A DNA stretch of 45,149 nt, taken from Octopus bimaculoides. Lineage: Eukaryota. The stretch is taken from contig NC_068995.1 of assembly GCF_001194135.2 (NCBI RefSeq), positions 37,390,761 through 37,435,909 of the forward strand, written 5' to 3'. The stretch's first letter is position 1, and each line of letters opens with the position of its first letter. Below the pieces are notes generated by a model. It was given only the letters and a program-made list of their open reading frames with translations, was not told the origin of the DNA and searched no databases. Of the stretch, positions 1 to 11,745 are shown piece by piece. Position numbers and translations under genes: made by a program.

Positions 1-186
1 TATATATATATATATATATATGCACACGCGTGTGCGTATGTATGCATGTATGTTCGTATGCGTGTGTGTACTATAATTTGTGTGAGTGCCAGTGTCCTAT
101 TTAGCCTATGAATACTTGCGCATGAATGATGTTATATACAGAGTTCTTCAACCATACACACCGTATATATATGTCTGTGTGTGTGT

Positions 187-403
187 AGGCCGACGAGCTG
201 GAAGAATCATTTACACGCCGTACAATGCTTAGCTACATTTCGTCCATCTTTACGTTCTGAGTTCAGATTCCACAGAGGCCGACTTTGCGTTTCCTCGCTC
301 CGGGGTCGATAGAATAAGTGAGTGTCAAGTGGTGGGGTCAATGTAATCGACTTACCCACTCCCTTGAACCTGGTGTCTTGTGCTAAAATTTGAAAATCAA
401 TTA
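187..403 (+). mobile_element. SINE family B copy (tRNA-derived)
   Basis: Head aggccgacgagctggaagaatc, B-box-like gagttcagattcc, internal ggggtcgatagaataagt and ggggtcaatgtaatcgact, tail cttgtgctaaaatttgaaa; matches other B copies such as 32751-32959. Confidence 0.8.
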
Positions 404-410
404 ATGTGCA

Positions 411-511
411 TGGCTCGAAACGTTAAAGACTTTTTCACTTCCCGAGCGTTATACTAATACATCTGCTGTCTACACCACCTGTCGTCGTCTTTTGTTTTTT
501 TTGTGAATTCT

Positions 512-514
<3 letters not shown>
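411..514 (+). mobile_element. Penelope-type terminal repeat fragment
   Basis: ggctcgaaacgttaaagactttttcacttcccgagcg...attctccc is nearly identical to the reverse complement of 19904-20005; CGAAACG motif typical of Penelope-like element termini. Confidence 0.6.
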
Positions 515-515
<1 letters not shown>

Positions 516-551
<36 letters not shown>

Positions 552-581
552 ATACATACATACATACACACACACACACGC

Positions 582-627
<46 letters not shown>

Positions 628-628
628 C
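516..628. repeat. Compound (TA)n/(TACA)n/(CA)n microsatellite
   Basis: Read directly from sequence. Confidence 0.95.
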
Positions 629-769
629 ATGCATAAATGTATGCGTCTGAATGATACAAATTTATTAGATCAGAGATTTTAAGTCTCGGAAGACAAAGAT
701 GATCAGTTTGACTAGTATTTGGTTTAGATTCATAGAATGAAGCTTACAGTTCAGTCTGCAGAAGAACTA

Positions 770-970
770 ATGTTTCAAAGCCCTCAGTTTGAGAAAAGGT
801 TTAGTCGTTACCTCCGACTTCAGTGTCTAACACAAGAACTTTGATTTTAACGATGTCGGTGGAATGAAAGTGAATGTCGAACCAAACTGAATTTGAATTT
901 GGAACGTAAAGAACCGTAACAAATAACGCGTTGCATTTTTCCGTCTTACAATTATTCTAATCTGTCGTCT
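770..970 (-). mobile_element. Degenerate SINE family B copy
   Basis: aatgtcgaaccaaactgaatttgaatttggaacgtaaaga resembles the reverse complement of the B-family body; heavily diverged. Confidence 0.45.
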
Positions 971-1076
971 TTACAACGTTTTTAAAGAATTACTTCACAG
1001 AGTTTTGGGATGGTTGAAATTTTTGGCATATAGCATATGTTTTAATAAATGTATGTATGTGAGGCAGCAAGAGATA

Positions 1077-1245
1077 GGCACAGGTGTGACTGGTTAACAA
1101 GCTCGCTTTACAATCACGTGTTTTTGTTTTCAGTTCTATTGCGGAGCACATTGGCTGTTTGCTATTATAAGCCTGTGGCAAACAATGTCTTCTGAGTAAA
1201 TTTGGTAAATTTGGCTTGCGAAAATTTTGTGGAAACCCGTTATAC
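1077..1245 (+). mobile_element. Degenerate 5' half of SINE family A
   Basis: aggcacaggtgtgactggttaacaagc...gagtaaatttggta...gaaacccgtt followed by (CA)n, colinear with the A-family 5' half. Confidence 0.55.
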
Positions 1246-1619
1246 ACACACGCACAAACACATACATGTGTCTAATTGTCTTGGATATATAATTTTTTCG
1301 ATAAAATAATTGTAATCTAGCGAAGCGAACTCAAATATATCCACCAGATGAATTACAGGGGGAGGGCTCACCTTAAATAACCCTTACAACTCGATGCAGT
1401 TCGACACAAGCCAGATCGTAGCTGAGCACTGGTACGAGACCCCGTTTGGATACTTGATCCCAATATATCCATGTGTGTGTGCGTGTTTGAATGTGTATGC
1501 CTGCATGTGTGTGTGTGTGTTTGTGTGTGTGTGCATATATATATNNNNNNNNNNNNNNNNNNNNNNNNNNNNNNNNNNNNNNNNNNNNNNNNNNNNNNNN
1601 NNNNNNNNNNNTATATATA

Positions 1620-2160
1620 CAGGATGCAGTGAATAAACTGTCATCTAAATTATGCAAAAATGAAAATAACACTGACATCTAATTTTAGCAAATATATTTA
1701 CCAAAATTACATGAAAATATCTTGAAATACTAAAGAGTAAATTTATTCAATAAAATCCCCATTGGCTTCAACCACGGCCTCTAGACAACTTCGGAATCTC
1801 CTGCAACTCTTCTGGACGGTCTCCTTGTTTAAGTTTGTGAATGCTGCCATAATCCTTGCTTTCAGTTCAAGGTCGCAGAAATTGTCTGACAGACATAACT
1901 GAGATTCTCCTGCTTCTGTGCCTGTTACCAGACATAGGGCTTTCCAGCAGTCACCCACTTCACTCAGGGCAGCACAGCCTCCTTGGTGTAGACTTCGTGT
2001 GGACTCTGAGGCCACGTAGGAAGATTAATGGAGGCATAACGTGGCCATCACTAGTGATCACTCGAAACATCATGATGTTGACTGGATGTTTGATTTTTAT
2101 CACTCTCGTTACATGTCCTGAGATTGCATTGTCCCCAGATTGATACCCAAACAATCTGAA
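1620..2160 (-). mobile_element. Tc1/mariner-superfamily (maT/DD37D-like) transposase 3' remnant with one terminal end
   Basis: Translates to KHPVNIMMFRVITSDGHVMPPLIF and ELKARIMAAFTNLNKETVQKSCRRFRSCLEAVVEANGDFIE*; frameshifted and apparently deleted between SDNFCD and ELKARI; ends at TA|CAGGATGC (1620). Confidence 0.8.
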
Positions 2161-3266
2161 ATGTTCGTATTAGAGCTTCCCGAGCAAATGCCAAGCAGTA
2201 CAAAATTCAGCTGCATTTACATTGATGTAATGATTGCATTGTTAAATTAAACGGAGTCGGTTGAAACGGTCGTACTGCATTACCTCTGGATATCCTGTTG
2301 CTTATTTTGATTTTATTCACCTTATTTTGAAGTTGTACGGTTAATACCTCACAACCTAAGTATCTAATTCGTCTGAATCTCAAGTATATATATATATATA
2401 TATATTCACACATGTGTGCCCGTATGCATTTACACACACATGCACGCACACACACGCGCGCGCAGAGAAAGAGAGAGAGGGGGGGAAATGTGCAGATCAA
2501 CGTATATATATACTTAGAACCACATGAACTTATGCATGAATACATAAATGCATACACAGAAACACTGCATTTCTCTTTCTATTCTTGAATGTTATACTCC
2601 GTGTTGCTGACACGTTAACTTTCACAACTCTGGTGGTTAGTTCATCATACAGACATATAATGTCATTCACATACCACATAAAACTGATTCATTCTAATTA
2701 TCTCAGGCCCTCTAAATCTTTATTTTCTCGTTTTGGGTATTTACTTTTTGTTATTTCTTAGTTCGTCTCTTTTATTTCTTGCAAAAATTTATCTGCGTCC
2801 GTCTCTTATTTTATGTCCCCAGCCTCCCTCAAACCCTCAGTATGATTTTATTTCAGATGTAAGGCATCATTTAACAATGGTGGCTATTCCGCGCTATCAA
2901 CGTCTTTACGCTTACAGTGGCAGAAACTGATAAGATCAAAATCGGAGAAATCACTACTTGCACAATGATGACTACGGATATTCATAGAGGAAAGAACAAT
3001 ATGTATGAGTGTACGTGTCTGACTGTGTTTATGCGTGTGTGTGTGTGTGTGTGTGTGTGTTTGTGTACAGAGAAGGAAAGAAAGAGTTTGGAGAATCGTA
3101 GACTTCAATGTTTAGCGTGGGTTTTGCTTTTGTATCTGGAACTAACACGGGGTAGTAAATTATAACAGCATGGTCGAGATGCGTATGTTATAGCTATTTG
3201 ATTTCACAGATCCAGAAGTGATGGAAATCATAATTAAATGTTTCAATGTTTTAAATTAGAATTCAT

Positions 3267-3672
3267 AGGCGCAGGCGTGAGTGTGTGGTAAGAAGCTTGT
3301 TTCCCAACCACATGGTTCCGAGTTCACATCCACTGCGTGATACTTAGGCGAGTGTCTTCTACTATAGCCTCGGGGCGACCAAAGCCTTGTGAGTGGATTT
3401 GGTAGACGGTAACTGATGGAAATTCGCCGTGTATATATTCACGTGTGTGTGACATTTTGTCTGTGTTTGTCCCTCCGCAGGCGCTTGATGTTGGCGTGTT
3501 TATGTCCCCGTAACTTAGAGGTTCGGCAATAGGACCGACAGAATAAATACTAGCCTTACAAAGAATAAGCCCTGAGGTCGATTACTTCGATTAAAAAAAC
3601 TTTTAAGGTTCTGCTGCAGCATGGCCACAGTCAAATGACTGAAACCTATAAGAGAATAAAAGAATAAAAAGA
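3267..3672 (+). mobile_element. SINE family A, full length
   Basis: Head aggcgcaggcgtgagtgtgtggtaagaagc, gcgagtgtcttctactatagcc, internal TG-rich stretch, 3' catggccacagtcaaatgactgaaac and (agaataaa)n tail. Confidence 0.9.
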
Positions 3673-3885
3673 CTTGAATAAATAAATGCAAGTAGATATC
3701 TATTTTGGAGAGAAGGCCTAGATTTCAGATAGTTGCGTTTACGATCATAAAGCCTTAGTTACGCCTCAATGGCCGGGTTGTGTGGTGAGTCCTTCGGCAA
3801 GACATTTCATTTCATGTTACTGCACATCTCTGTTTTCGTTTGTTTCTAAATGGCTTATAAACACCTTCTATGCTGCAATTGTTAT

Positions 3886-4005
3886 ACACACACACACATA
3901 CACACACACACACACATACACACACACGCATACACACACACATACACACACACACATACACACACACTTACACACATACACACACACACATACACACATA
4001 TATAT
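3886..4005. repeat. Imperfect (CA)n microsatellite
   Basis: Read directly from sequence. Confidence 0.95.
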
Positions 4006-4796
4006 GCATTTATAAACCAAATTAACACAATGTCTTCAAGTGAATTCAATAGTTATCAATTTCTAACATTTGAAAATTGATCTTGGTGAGATTGGAACAC
4101 AGAAACGTAAAGCACAATTTGACCAACGATCTGCCAGTTCTACTAATGAACGACTCTTGGTTTTGCTAATAATGAAAGCCACGTTCTACATAAAAAACAT
4201 CAGATCTTTTCACCACGCATTTATTATCAGCGCTTGAATGCAAATAGTTCGCAGTTTGTGTTTCCTCAATTGCCTTAAGTTGTTTACCAGAGTTATAAAA
4301 ACGATCATTAAACTATTTTCTTTACTATTTTCTTAAGCTGACAATACGAAGAAGACTGATACGTTAGATTTTATCTGAAACTCCATGGAAAAGACGTAAA
4401 ACAGACTGTTTGACAGGTGTGCGAACTAGAATGAGAAATAATTCTTTTTGGCCGTGAAACAACTTCTATAAAATCGTATTATATTGCATCTGTGCAAATA
4501 ACTCATATTTAATGCCAGGCATGAAGTAATATTTAATGTTCGACTGAGACTATGAATTCTTTCACAGACTTCACACTTCCAAAGACTTTATATTACATGA
4601 AGAGAAGGCGCTACCAACAGCCAACAATTATTGAAGATGGATATCAATTATTTTAATTATATTTATCCTGAAATGTAACTTTGGTGGCAACGGTTGGGTA
4701 AGAAAGATAACAATATTCTTCAGTAAATTTGATTAGATTACAAACTGCCAAAGTTTGATATTAAAGCAGTAGCAAAAGAAAACATATTAATGGGAC

Positions 4797-4949
4797 ATAA
4801 TAGTCGATTATATCTGGTACTTAATTTATCGACCACGAAAGAATGAAAAGCAAAGTCGATTTCAGCGGAATTTGAATTCAGCGTAAAGACGGACGAAATA
4901 CCACTAAGCATATCAACCGGCGCGCTAACGATTCTGCCAGCTCACCGCC

Positions 4950-4950
<1 letters not shown>
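4797..4950 (-). mobile_element. SINE family B copy 1 of tandem triplet
   Basis: Reverse complement begins aggcggtgagctggcagaatcgttagcgcgccgg; head abuts (TAA)n at 4951-4999. Confidence 0.85.

Positions 4951-4999
<49 letters not shown>
4951..4999. repeat. (TAA)n microsatellite spacer
   Basis: About 16 TAA units between two SINE-B copies. Confidence 0.95.
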
Positions 5000-5184
5000 C
5001 CTTTTTATTGGAAGCCCATGGCCTCAAATTTGGAGAAAGAGATTAAGTCGATTAAATCGACCCCAGTGCGTAACTGGTACTGATAAAAGCAAAGTCGACT
5101 CCGGCAGAATTTGAACGCTGCGGCAGACAAAATACCGCTGAGCATTTCGCCCGGCGTGCTAAAGATTTTGCCTGTTCGCCGCCT
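5000..5184 (-). mobile_element. SINE family B copy 2 of tandem triplet
   Basis: aagtcgattaaatcgaccccagtgcg...gagcatttcgcccggcgtgctaa...cgccgcct; internally deleted. Confidence 0.85.
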
Positions 5185-5195
5185 TAATAATAATG

Positions 5196-5404
5196 ATTTC
5201 AAATTTTTGCCACAAGGGCGGCTTGGGGGAGGGGATAAAGTCGATTACATCGACCCCAGTGCGTGACTGGTACTTATTTAATCGACCCCGAGAAGATGAA
5301 AGTCAAAGTCGACCTCGGCGGAATTTGAACTCAGAACGTAACGACGGGCGAAATACCGCTAAGCATATCGCCGGGCGCGCTAACGAGTCTGCTAGCTCAT
5401 CGCT
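5196..5404 (-). mobile_element. SINE family B copy 3 of tandem triplet
   Basis: tttcaaatttttgccacaagg...tcgacctcggcggaatttgaactcagaacg...ctagctcatcgct; followed by TAA/CAA/TAC repeats. Confidence 0.9.
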
Positions 5405-5438
5405 TTAATAACAATAACACGACTACTACTACTACTAT

Positions 5439-5470
<32 letters not shown>

Positions 5471-5840
5471 ATAATAATAATAAGTATTATTATTGCTGGC
5501 TCTCGAATCGTACACATGTGTTTCTGTTTCGCTCCACTCGTCCATATTTACAGCATTACCAAATAAAAATATCTTTAGAGTATTTGCCTAAAAGGGTCAT
5601 AATTAACTGATTAACTAATCGGCGTAGTAAAGAAGAAAAAAGTTTGTTTTTACAGACTTAGTTTTATTTACTTAAAATTGCTGGTGACATTTTCACACTC
5701 ACAATATCTACCAGACAAAAACACGTTACAAAATCTACCACAATAGTCAACGAGGCTAAAATGACAAAAAGATATAAACAAATTGCACAAATGAAGGAGA
5801 AGAAAGAGAAAAAAAAACGAAGCTTAATGATGACATATAG

Positions 5841-6430
5841 AAAAATATTTCAAACAATTTACCAGATAGTCTTGAAATTATTGATGATGAGAAGAAGACG
5901 AAGAAGAAGAAGAAATTTAACAGCAGCAGCAGTAGCAGCAGCAGCAGTAGTAGCAGCAGCAGCAGTAGTAGCAGCAGCAGCAGCAACAACAACAACAACA
6001 ACAGCGGCACTTGCACTGGTAAAATATCTCGCAAATTTCAGTACCGACGTCTAGTTTTGAAGCCAAATGTTCAACCAAAACAGTCTGAAATTTTTATATA
6101 GACCTCCGCCTATACTCTTGTGTCCCAGCACAGATATTAAAAAATACAATACTGACGATAAGAGATAATGGATATTCGAATTTGATATGGCTATTTGAGC
6201 CAGTGGTTATAATAGAGGCGACAAGAGGTAACCTGGGAACCTCAAAAGTATTTGCACCTCTTGAGACTGTCTGTGTTCACGTGCCGGAATACAAACCAAA
6301 TATGATTTTGTGAACATCGATGGCTTTGAGATTGGTAAACAGCTTAGTTGTTACATAAGTTGTTGTAGGAAACAATTTGTATCCTTTGTTTAGAACAGAA
6401 AAGAAGAAAAGAAAGTAATCGAGAGTAGCT
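5841..6430 (+). pseudogene. Possible decayed coding sequence of unknown origin
   Basis: Three successive stop-free stretches (5841-6098, about 6090-6310, 6301-6390) join through two small frameshifts into a protein-like string; no family recognised. Confidence 0.25.
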
Positions 6431-6524
6431 GAGACATTTTCTAGAGTAGCATCAGTCACAGCCCCCCAGAATTGGCGGAGGAAATCGCATCGTATCCAGT
6501 TTTAGAAAACAGCGAACCGATAAA

Positions 6525-7140
6525 CAATTATACTGTAACATGACTTTTTCCAAACAATTTCAGGTTATCTATAAACAGAAGATGGTTCAATGACGGGCCA
6601 TTCTTCCTACATCGGTAACCCATCTTAACTTTCATAAGTGTCATTATTATGGGTATTAGAGTAACTACAAATAATAACGGAGAAAACGAATCCCCTTGGA
6701 AGATGTCCCTTTTAATATTAACTTCGCAAAGGAAGACATTATTTGAGTACAATTTGGTTTTCTACTCATTCATGCTATGCATCAGAAAATTTGTGATATT
6801 GTCAGCAACACCAAGCATCTGCAGGTATTCAACGATCCAAGAAGGAGGCATTGTACCATATGCCTTCTTAAAGTCAACCAAGACATAGACATGTTTGTAT
6901 AATGTTTTTTTTTTACAATAGCTCAAAACTGTTTCATCGATGACCAGGTGATGCTTGGTACACTGAGAACTCTTCCTACATCGTTTTTGTTCCCTTGGTA
7001 GTATTTCTTCCTGTGCCAGGGAAGTATATCTCTTTGCGGCATATACTACAGTGAGTATCTTCCAGATTATGTTGAGGCATGCTATGGGACGGTAGTTTCC
7101 CACAGTATTCCCCTTTCTGCTATGATAAGGTTATATGTTT
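6525..7140 (-). mobile_element. R4/Dong-like non-LTR retrotransposon, RT-domain fragment
   Basis: GNYRPIACL, EQKRCRK, DFKKAYG, IFQGDSFSPLLFV and LLFIDNLKLFG (decayed YxDD) motifs; stops and frameshifts. Confidence 0.9.
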
Positions 7141-7143
7141 CTG

Positions 7144-7144
<1 letters not shown>

Positions 7145-7217
<73 letters not shown>
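7145..7217. repeat. (ATT)n microsatellite between two R4/Dong-like copies
   Basis: About 24 units; reads (TAA)n on the element sense strand. Confidence 0.95.
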
Positions 7218-7218
<1 letters not shown>

Positions 7219-7219
7219 A

Positions 7220-8205
7220 TACACTCGACAGATTAGACTGTTGGAAAAGAAAAGAATCCTGACATCAGGCTACAACAAGTAGAGTTAGATGTCAAGCACC
7301 CTCCTATTGGTTTATTGCAAGTAACCGCTGATACCAAGAATCCTCCTAAATATCCTAGCTGTCCATAATAACACTGTTATCTGGAGCTGTACTAAAATGG
7401 GTTTTATGCCTATTTCCTCTATCCATCTCTTCAGATCTTTAGGGATAGTTCCCAGTGCACCTATATTACTGGGATACATTTTACCCACACTTTCTACAGT
7501 CTCTGTAATGCAATGTCTAGGTTCTTGTACTTTACTATTTTTTCTATACTTCTCATATTAATTTGTTCATCATTAAAGATCGTAAAGGCAGTTAACTTGC
7601 ACTTTCTATTGTCTTTATCTACTACAACCATACCAGGCTTTCTAGTTTCTATTACTCTGTCAGTCTGAATGTTAAAGTCTCGCATCTTCTACTTCTTACT
7701 TTCTAGTACTTTACTAGGTTCATGTTCATACCATTTATTAGTATGTTCAAATCATAGCTTACTACATAGCTCTCAGTGGATTGCTCTCCCTAGATTGTCA
7801 CGTCTTGTATTCTTTCTGTGCCAGCATGCTATATTCACTTACTATATGAGTAATGATTTCCTCCTTTATCTAAATAGTCATTAATGCTTGATCTTATGCA
7901 GCTACTAGCAAACTTTCTATCTCTCTTCAGCTTTCTTTATGCAGCCATAACCATGTCTCACTACTACTGTTTGGGTATCTACCATGCAACACCTTCTCCT
8001 GCCGGTCAGATAATTTCTGTTCTTTTTTCTGGTTTTTAAGTTCGGTTGGTGTTTTGGTTTTCCCATGTTTTGCTGTGACTCTAGCAGCTTTTAATAAACT
8101 TTCTTCACTATTACTTACATAAGAGTCTATATCTACTCTAGATAACTGCACGCCGTCTTCTAGTGATATTAACCCGTCTTTCACCTTCTTTTCTGTGAAA
8201 GGTTA
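7220..8205 (-). mobile_element. R4/Dong-like retrotransposon 3' portion (thumb, RLE, 3' UTR)
   Basis: DGLISLEDGV...SEESLLKAAR, LHGRYP, DFNIQTDRVIETRKPGMVVVDKDNRKC (RLE region); 3' UTR matches 43381-43525. Confidence 0.9.
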
Positions 8206-8214
8206 GTGCAGCGA

Positions 8215-8395
8215 AGAACATGTCCAGCCGCTTACATTTGAAATCCCTCTGCCAGAGTCAACTTTGCATTCCATTTATCCGGAGACGATAAAATAAAATA
8301 CCAGTCAAGTACTATGGCTAATGTTATGGAATTCGAATAATACCCACTCCACCTTAAAACTGATGCCGTTGTGCCTAAATGAAAAACTGTTATTA
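8215..8395 (+). mobile_element. Degenerate SINE family B copy
   Basis: gagtcaactttgcattccatttatccggagacgataaaataaaataccag...gccgttgtgcctaaatgaaaa. Confidence 0.5.
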
Positions 8396-9222
8396 TTGTT
8401 TCTGTTCTTTCTTGGAGGTATGATTTACATTTGAAGACAGTTTCTTTCGTCTATTATTAGAATCATTATTCTTCTGCCACTTAATACATTCTAGAACACT
8501 TATCCGAAATTTATGTTATTTCTAAAAGGAAACCGGCTTTGGAATATCGATGCTTACTTTCATCTATATTTATTGATATCCATTTGTCTTCTTTACAGGG
8601 GAATTGGTATAATCAACTAGCTTACTTGAAATATTGCTATCGTTCAACGTTTAGTCGCCGCAATTTTCGAATTTTAGTATCTGTTTGGCGTGCAATATAG
8701 CTGATTGTTCACACATTTTTGAGCTTAAATTTCACTACTGTGTATTCCGTACTACCTACAGAGATGTGATAAAGGTGGGTTGGTAGTGTTAAGAGATACT
8801 GTCAAAAACCAATTTTCATTTCGGCTTAACTTATTGGTTATTTACACTGCGAATTGATCCAAACTGGTCCTATTATCTTGTTAGATATGTTATAGCTGTA
8901 ACTAAATTCTTACTCACACACACACGCGCGGGCATACACAAACAAACACACATATGTGTGTGGAAATATGTATATATATACATACATAAATATATATATA
9001 TATAACATAATAANNNNNNNNNNNNNNNNNNNNNNNNNNNNNNNNNNNNNNNNNNNNNNNNNNNNNNNNNNNNNNNNNNNNNNNNNNNNNNNNNNNNNNN
9101 NNNNNNNNNNNNNNNNNNNNNNNNNNNNNNNNNNNNNNNNNNNNNNNNNNNNNNNNNNNNNNNNNNNNNNNNNNNNNATATATATGTAACAATATAACAT
9201 AATAAAATAATAAAATAGATAA

Positions 9223-9570
9223 TGTAAAGAATAAAAAGTTTTGAATGGCACAACAATACAATATAATACAAAAAATGGAGTATATACCTGGTGTAATTTA
9301 GTTATCTTTAGTCCGATGATATTTCGGAATACAATTCCTTCTTCATATATACTTAGATGAAGTTGCTGCTATAATCTGTTTTCCAACGGTTTTTAAAAGA
9401 AAAGCCGTTGGAAAACAGATTATAGCAGCGACTCCATCTAAGAATATCTGAAGAAGGAATTGTATTCCGTAATATAATCGGACTATAGATAACTAAATTA
9501 CACCAGGTATATACTCCATTTTTGTATTATATTGTATTGTTGTGCCATTCAAAACTTGTTATTCTTTACA
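9223..9570. repeat. 348-bp near-perfect palindrome (fold-back or MITE-like)
   Basis: Arms of about 172 bp (9223-9394 and 9400-9570) are reverse complements with roughly 10-11 differences by eye; 5-nt centre aaaag. Confidence 0.95.
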
Positions 9571-9635
9571 AACAATACACAATGCTTCGAGCGAACTATA
9601 ATACTCTCCTATAATATATAATATATATGTATATA

Positions 9636-10560
9636 TTGGGTTGGCAGGAAAGTAATTTCGGATTTTAGAGTGAAGTAAAAGTCATTTTTATCCATACAAA
9701 GAATGAACTTCAATGAATTATCTTTTTGTATTTTGTTCGATGTCTTTTTGCCATCTTTCTGGCAAATTCATGATTTCGTGCTCTTAGAACTTCTGGTCCT
9801 TAGCAGCCAAACATTGAAGTGCGATTTCAGGTCATCAACATTATTGAAAGATCTAACATTCAAACAATTTTGTAACCTTCGATATAAATGGTAATCTGAG
9901 GGTGGAACGTCAGGGCTATATGGTGGATGTGAGGTCACTTTCCAACCAAGCTCCAATAATTATTCCCCCAGTTAGCGAAGTCGTGTGTAATCTAGCGTTG
10001 CCATGGTGGAAGACGATTTCTTTACGATTTACCAATTGTAGCCGTTTTTTCTGTGATTGCGCCCCTCCAGGTTAATTATTTGTTGATAGTAAACATCTGA
10101 ATCGATCGTTTGGTTCTTTGGAGGCAGTTCAAAATTCACAACACCTTTGTAGCTTGTGCTGGTTCATTACGCATGGATCATGATCGTTTTCAATTGATGT
10201 TATTGTAGACAGTCCATTTATCCTCATCAGTGATGATTCGTTTCAAAATGAGGTCGATTTCATTGCGTTTGAGATGTATATCGCAAATATTGATTCGTTG
10301 TGTTAAGTTAATCTCTTTCAGTTTATGTGGAACCCTTATATCGAACTTCTTAACGCGTCCAAGATATTTTAAGTGATTTTCAGTTGTTGTGTGTGATACA
10401 TTTAACCTCTCTGAAACCTCTCTCACAGTTATATCACAATCAGATTCAATTATGGCTTTTATTCGGTCATCATCACATTCAGTAGGTCAACCAGAACATT
10501 GGATACCTTTGAGTGAAAAATCTCCAGAACGGAATTTTAAAAATCATTAATGGCAGAGTC
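9636..10560 (-). mobile_element. Mariner (DD34D, Hsmar1-like) transposase pseudogene with one TIR
   Basis: TA|TTGGGTTGGCAGGAAAGTAATTTCGG resembles mariner TIRs; translates to RVPHKL (WVPHEL-like), ITDEDKW, FHHGNARLH and HPPYSPDVPPSDYHL; frameshifts and deletion. Confidence 0.9.
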
Positions 10561-11052
10561 TCTGTAGCAATTAACAAGCAATTAACTTTCAATCGACGTA
10601 ACTATAACTAAGAACTGCATTAACAAGGGATACACTGATGTTACAAGGAGCCAACGTAGAGGCTGTACACCTCCACCTCACCTGACGGCTTACAAAATGC
10701 GAGCAAATGTCTTTTAAATAGCACTTCTGTCGTCTTAAAAATAAAATTTATTGAATTATGTAGCCTGAGGCGGGGATGTTGGAAATGAGGTGGTCAGAAT
10801 CAGACGTCGGTCATCTTAATGCTTCATTAGGACTGTCCTGTCTGTAAACAGTAACAAAACTCGGCAGCTGCTTAATAAGAATGATATCGAATATTCATTA
10901 CTTCTTGTACATTGTGAACAGGAATTCCACTGACACAGATATAACCCCCGTGTAATGATATCATTGACATGTTACTTTTATGTCAATTTGCTCTAAACTA
11001 ACTTGATTTATAATTAACTCCTCCTTAAAATATATATACAGTATATATATAT

Positions 11053-11106
<54 letters not shown>

Positions 11107-11279
11107 CAGATGTCCATTAAATTGTAGAAAAACATTCTGTGTGGCCTTGGTTTGAACATTAAATCAAAAGAGATTCTTAGAATCAGAAGTATTACGTTGT
11201 GTTTTTACTCTTGTGTCCAATTTCTACTTCGTATTTTGTGATTAAGTTATTTACGTCTAAGCAGCAGAGAATGTCTTAA

Positions 11280-11745
11280 TTAGGTACTTGTAGTCTTCTT
11301 CCTACAACTTCTCAAAACCTTCCTATGTTTTATGAGCAAATTCTGCTGCAAAATCTGCAAATAAATAACCTGTTGCAAGGTTGCGGTGTGTTGTCTTTCT
11401 TTCTCTGGCGTTGTTCTTTGAGGGCCGGGATATTTTCTTCTTCGAGCTGTTTGACTCCTTTCTTCACTGGGGTTTTCCATGCTGTTCTCTCTTCAGCTAA
11501 CTTTTCCTAAGTCTTTGCAACAATGTGGAACTTGGTCAGGTTGCTCTTACATGTGTCTTTAAGTCGCAGCTTTGTTCGTCCGCTGCGTCTACTGCCCTGA
11601 GCCAACTCACCATTTAAAATCTCTTTGGGTTTGGGAATCCTGTTGTCATTCATCTGCTTCACACGTCCAAGCCATCTTGATCTCCTTTTGCACACGATAG
11701 TTATTTTCGAAAGTGCTGCCTGTTTCAAGACCTTCGTGTTGGTTA
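11280..11745 (-). mobile_element. RTE-clade LINE 3' fragment
   Basis: KRRSRWLGRVKQMNDNRIPK...ILNGELAQGSRRSGRTKLRLKDTCK, then a frameshifted FICRFCSRIC zinc-knuckle-like end typical of RTE C-termini. Confidence 0.85.

Noticed and set aside
1380-1470. GC-richer unique patch ending at AAG|GTGAGC on the minus strand
   Set aside because: No acceptor before the adjacent microsatellite and no recognisable product.
2860-2975. Plus-strand acceptor-like sites followed by short open frames (also near 4568 and 8598)
   Set aside because: No recognisable protein, no matching donors and no consistent exon chain; expected by chance in AT-rich DNA.
5761-6054. ORF with poly-Arg/Ala/Thr and its antisense poly-Leu ORF
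   Set aside because: Driven by AGC/AGT/AAC trinucleotide repeats; an alternative frame is discussed as a possible relic instead.
10560-10740. Possible intron-like insertion in the mariner 5' region (GTAAG...AG)
   Set aside because: Flanking transposase homology is too decayed to fix the boundaries, and the second TIR was not found.
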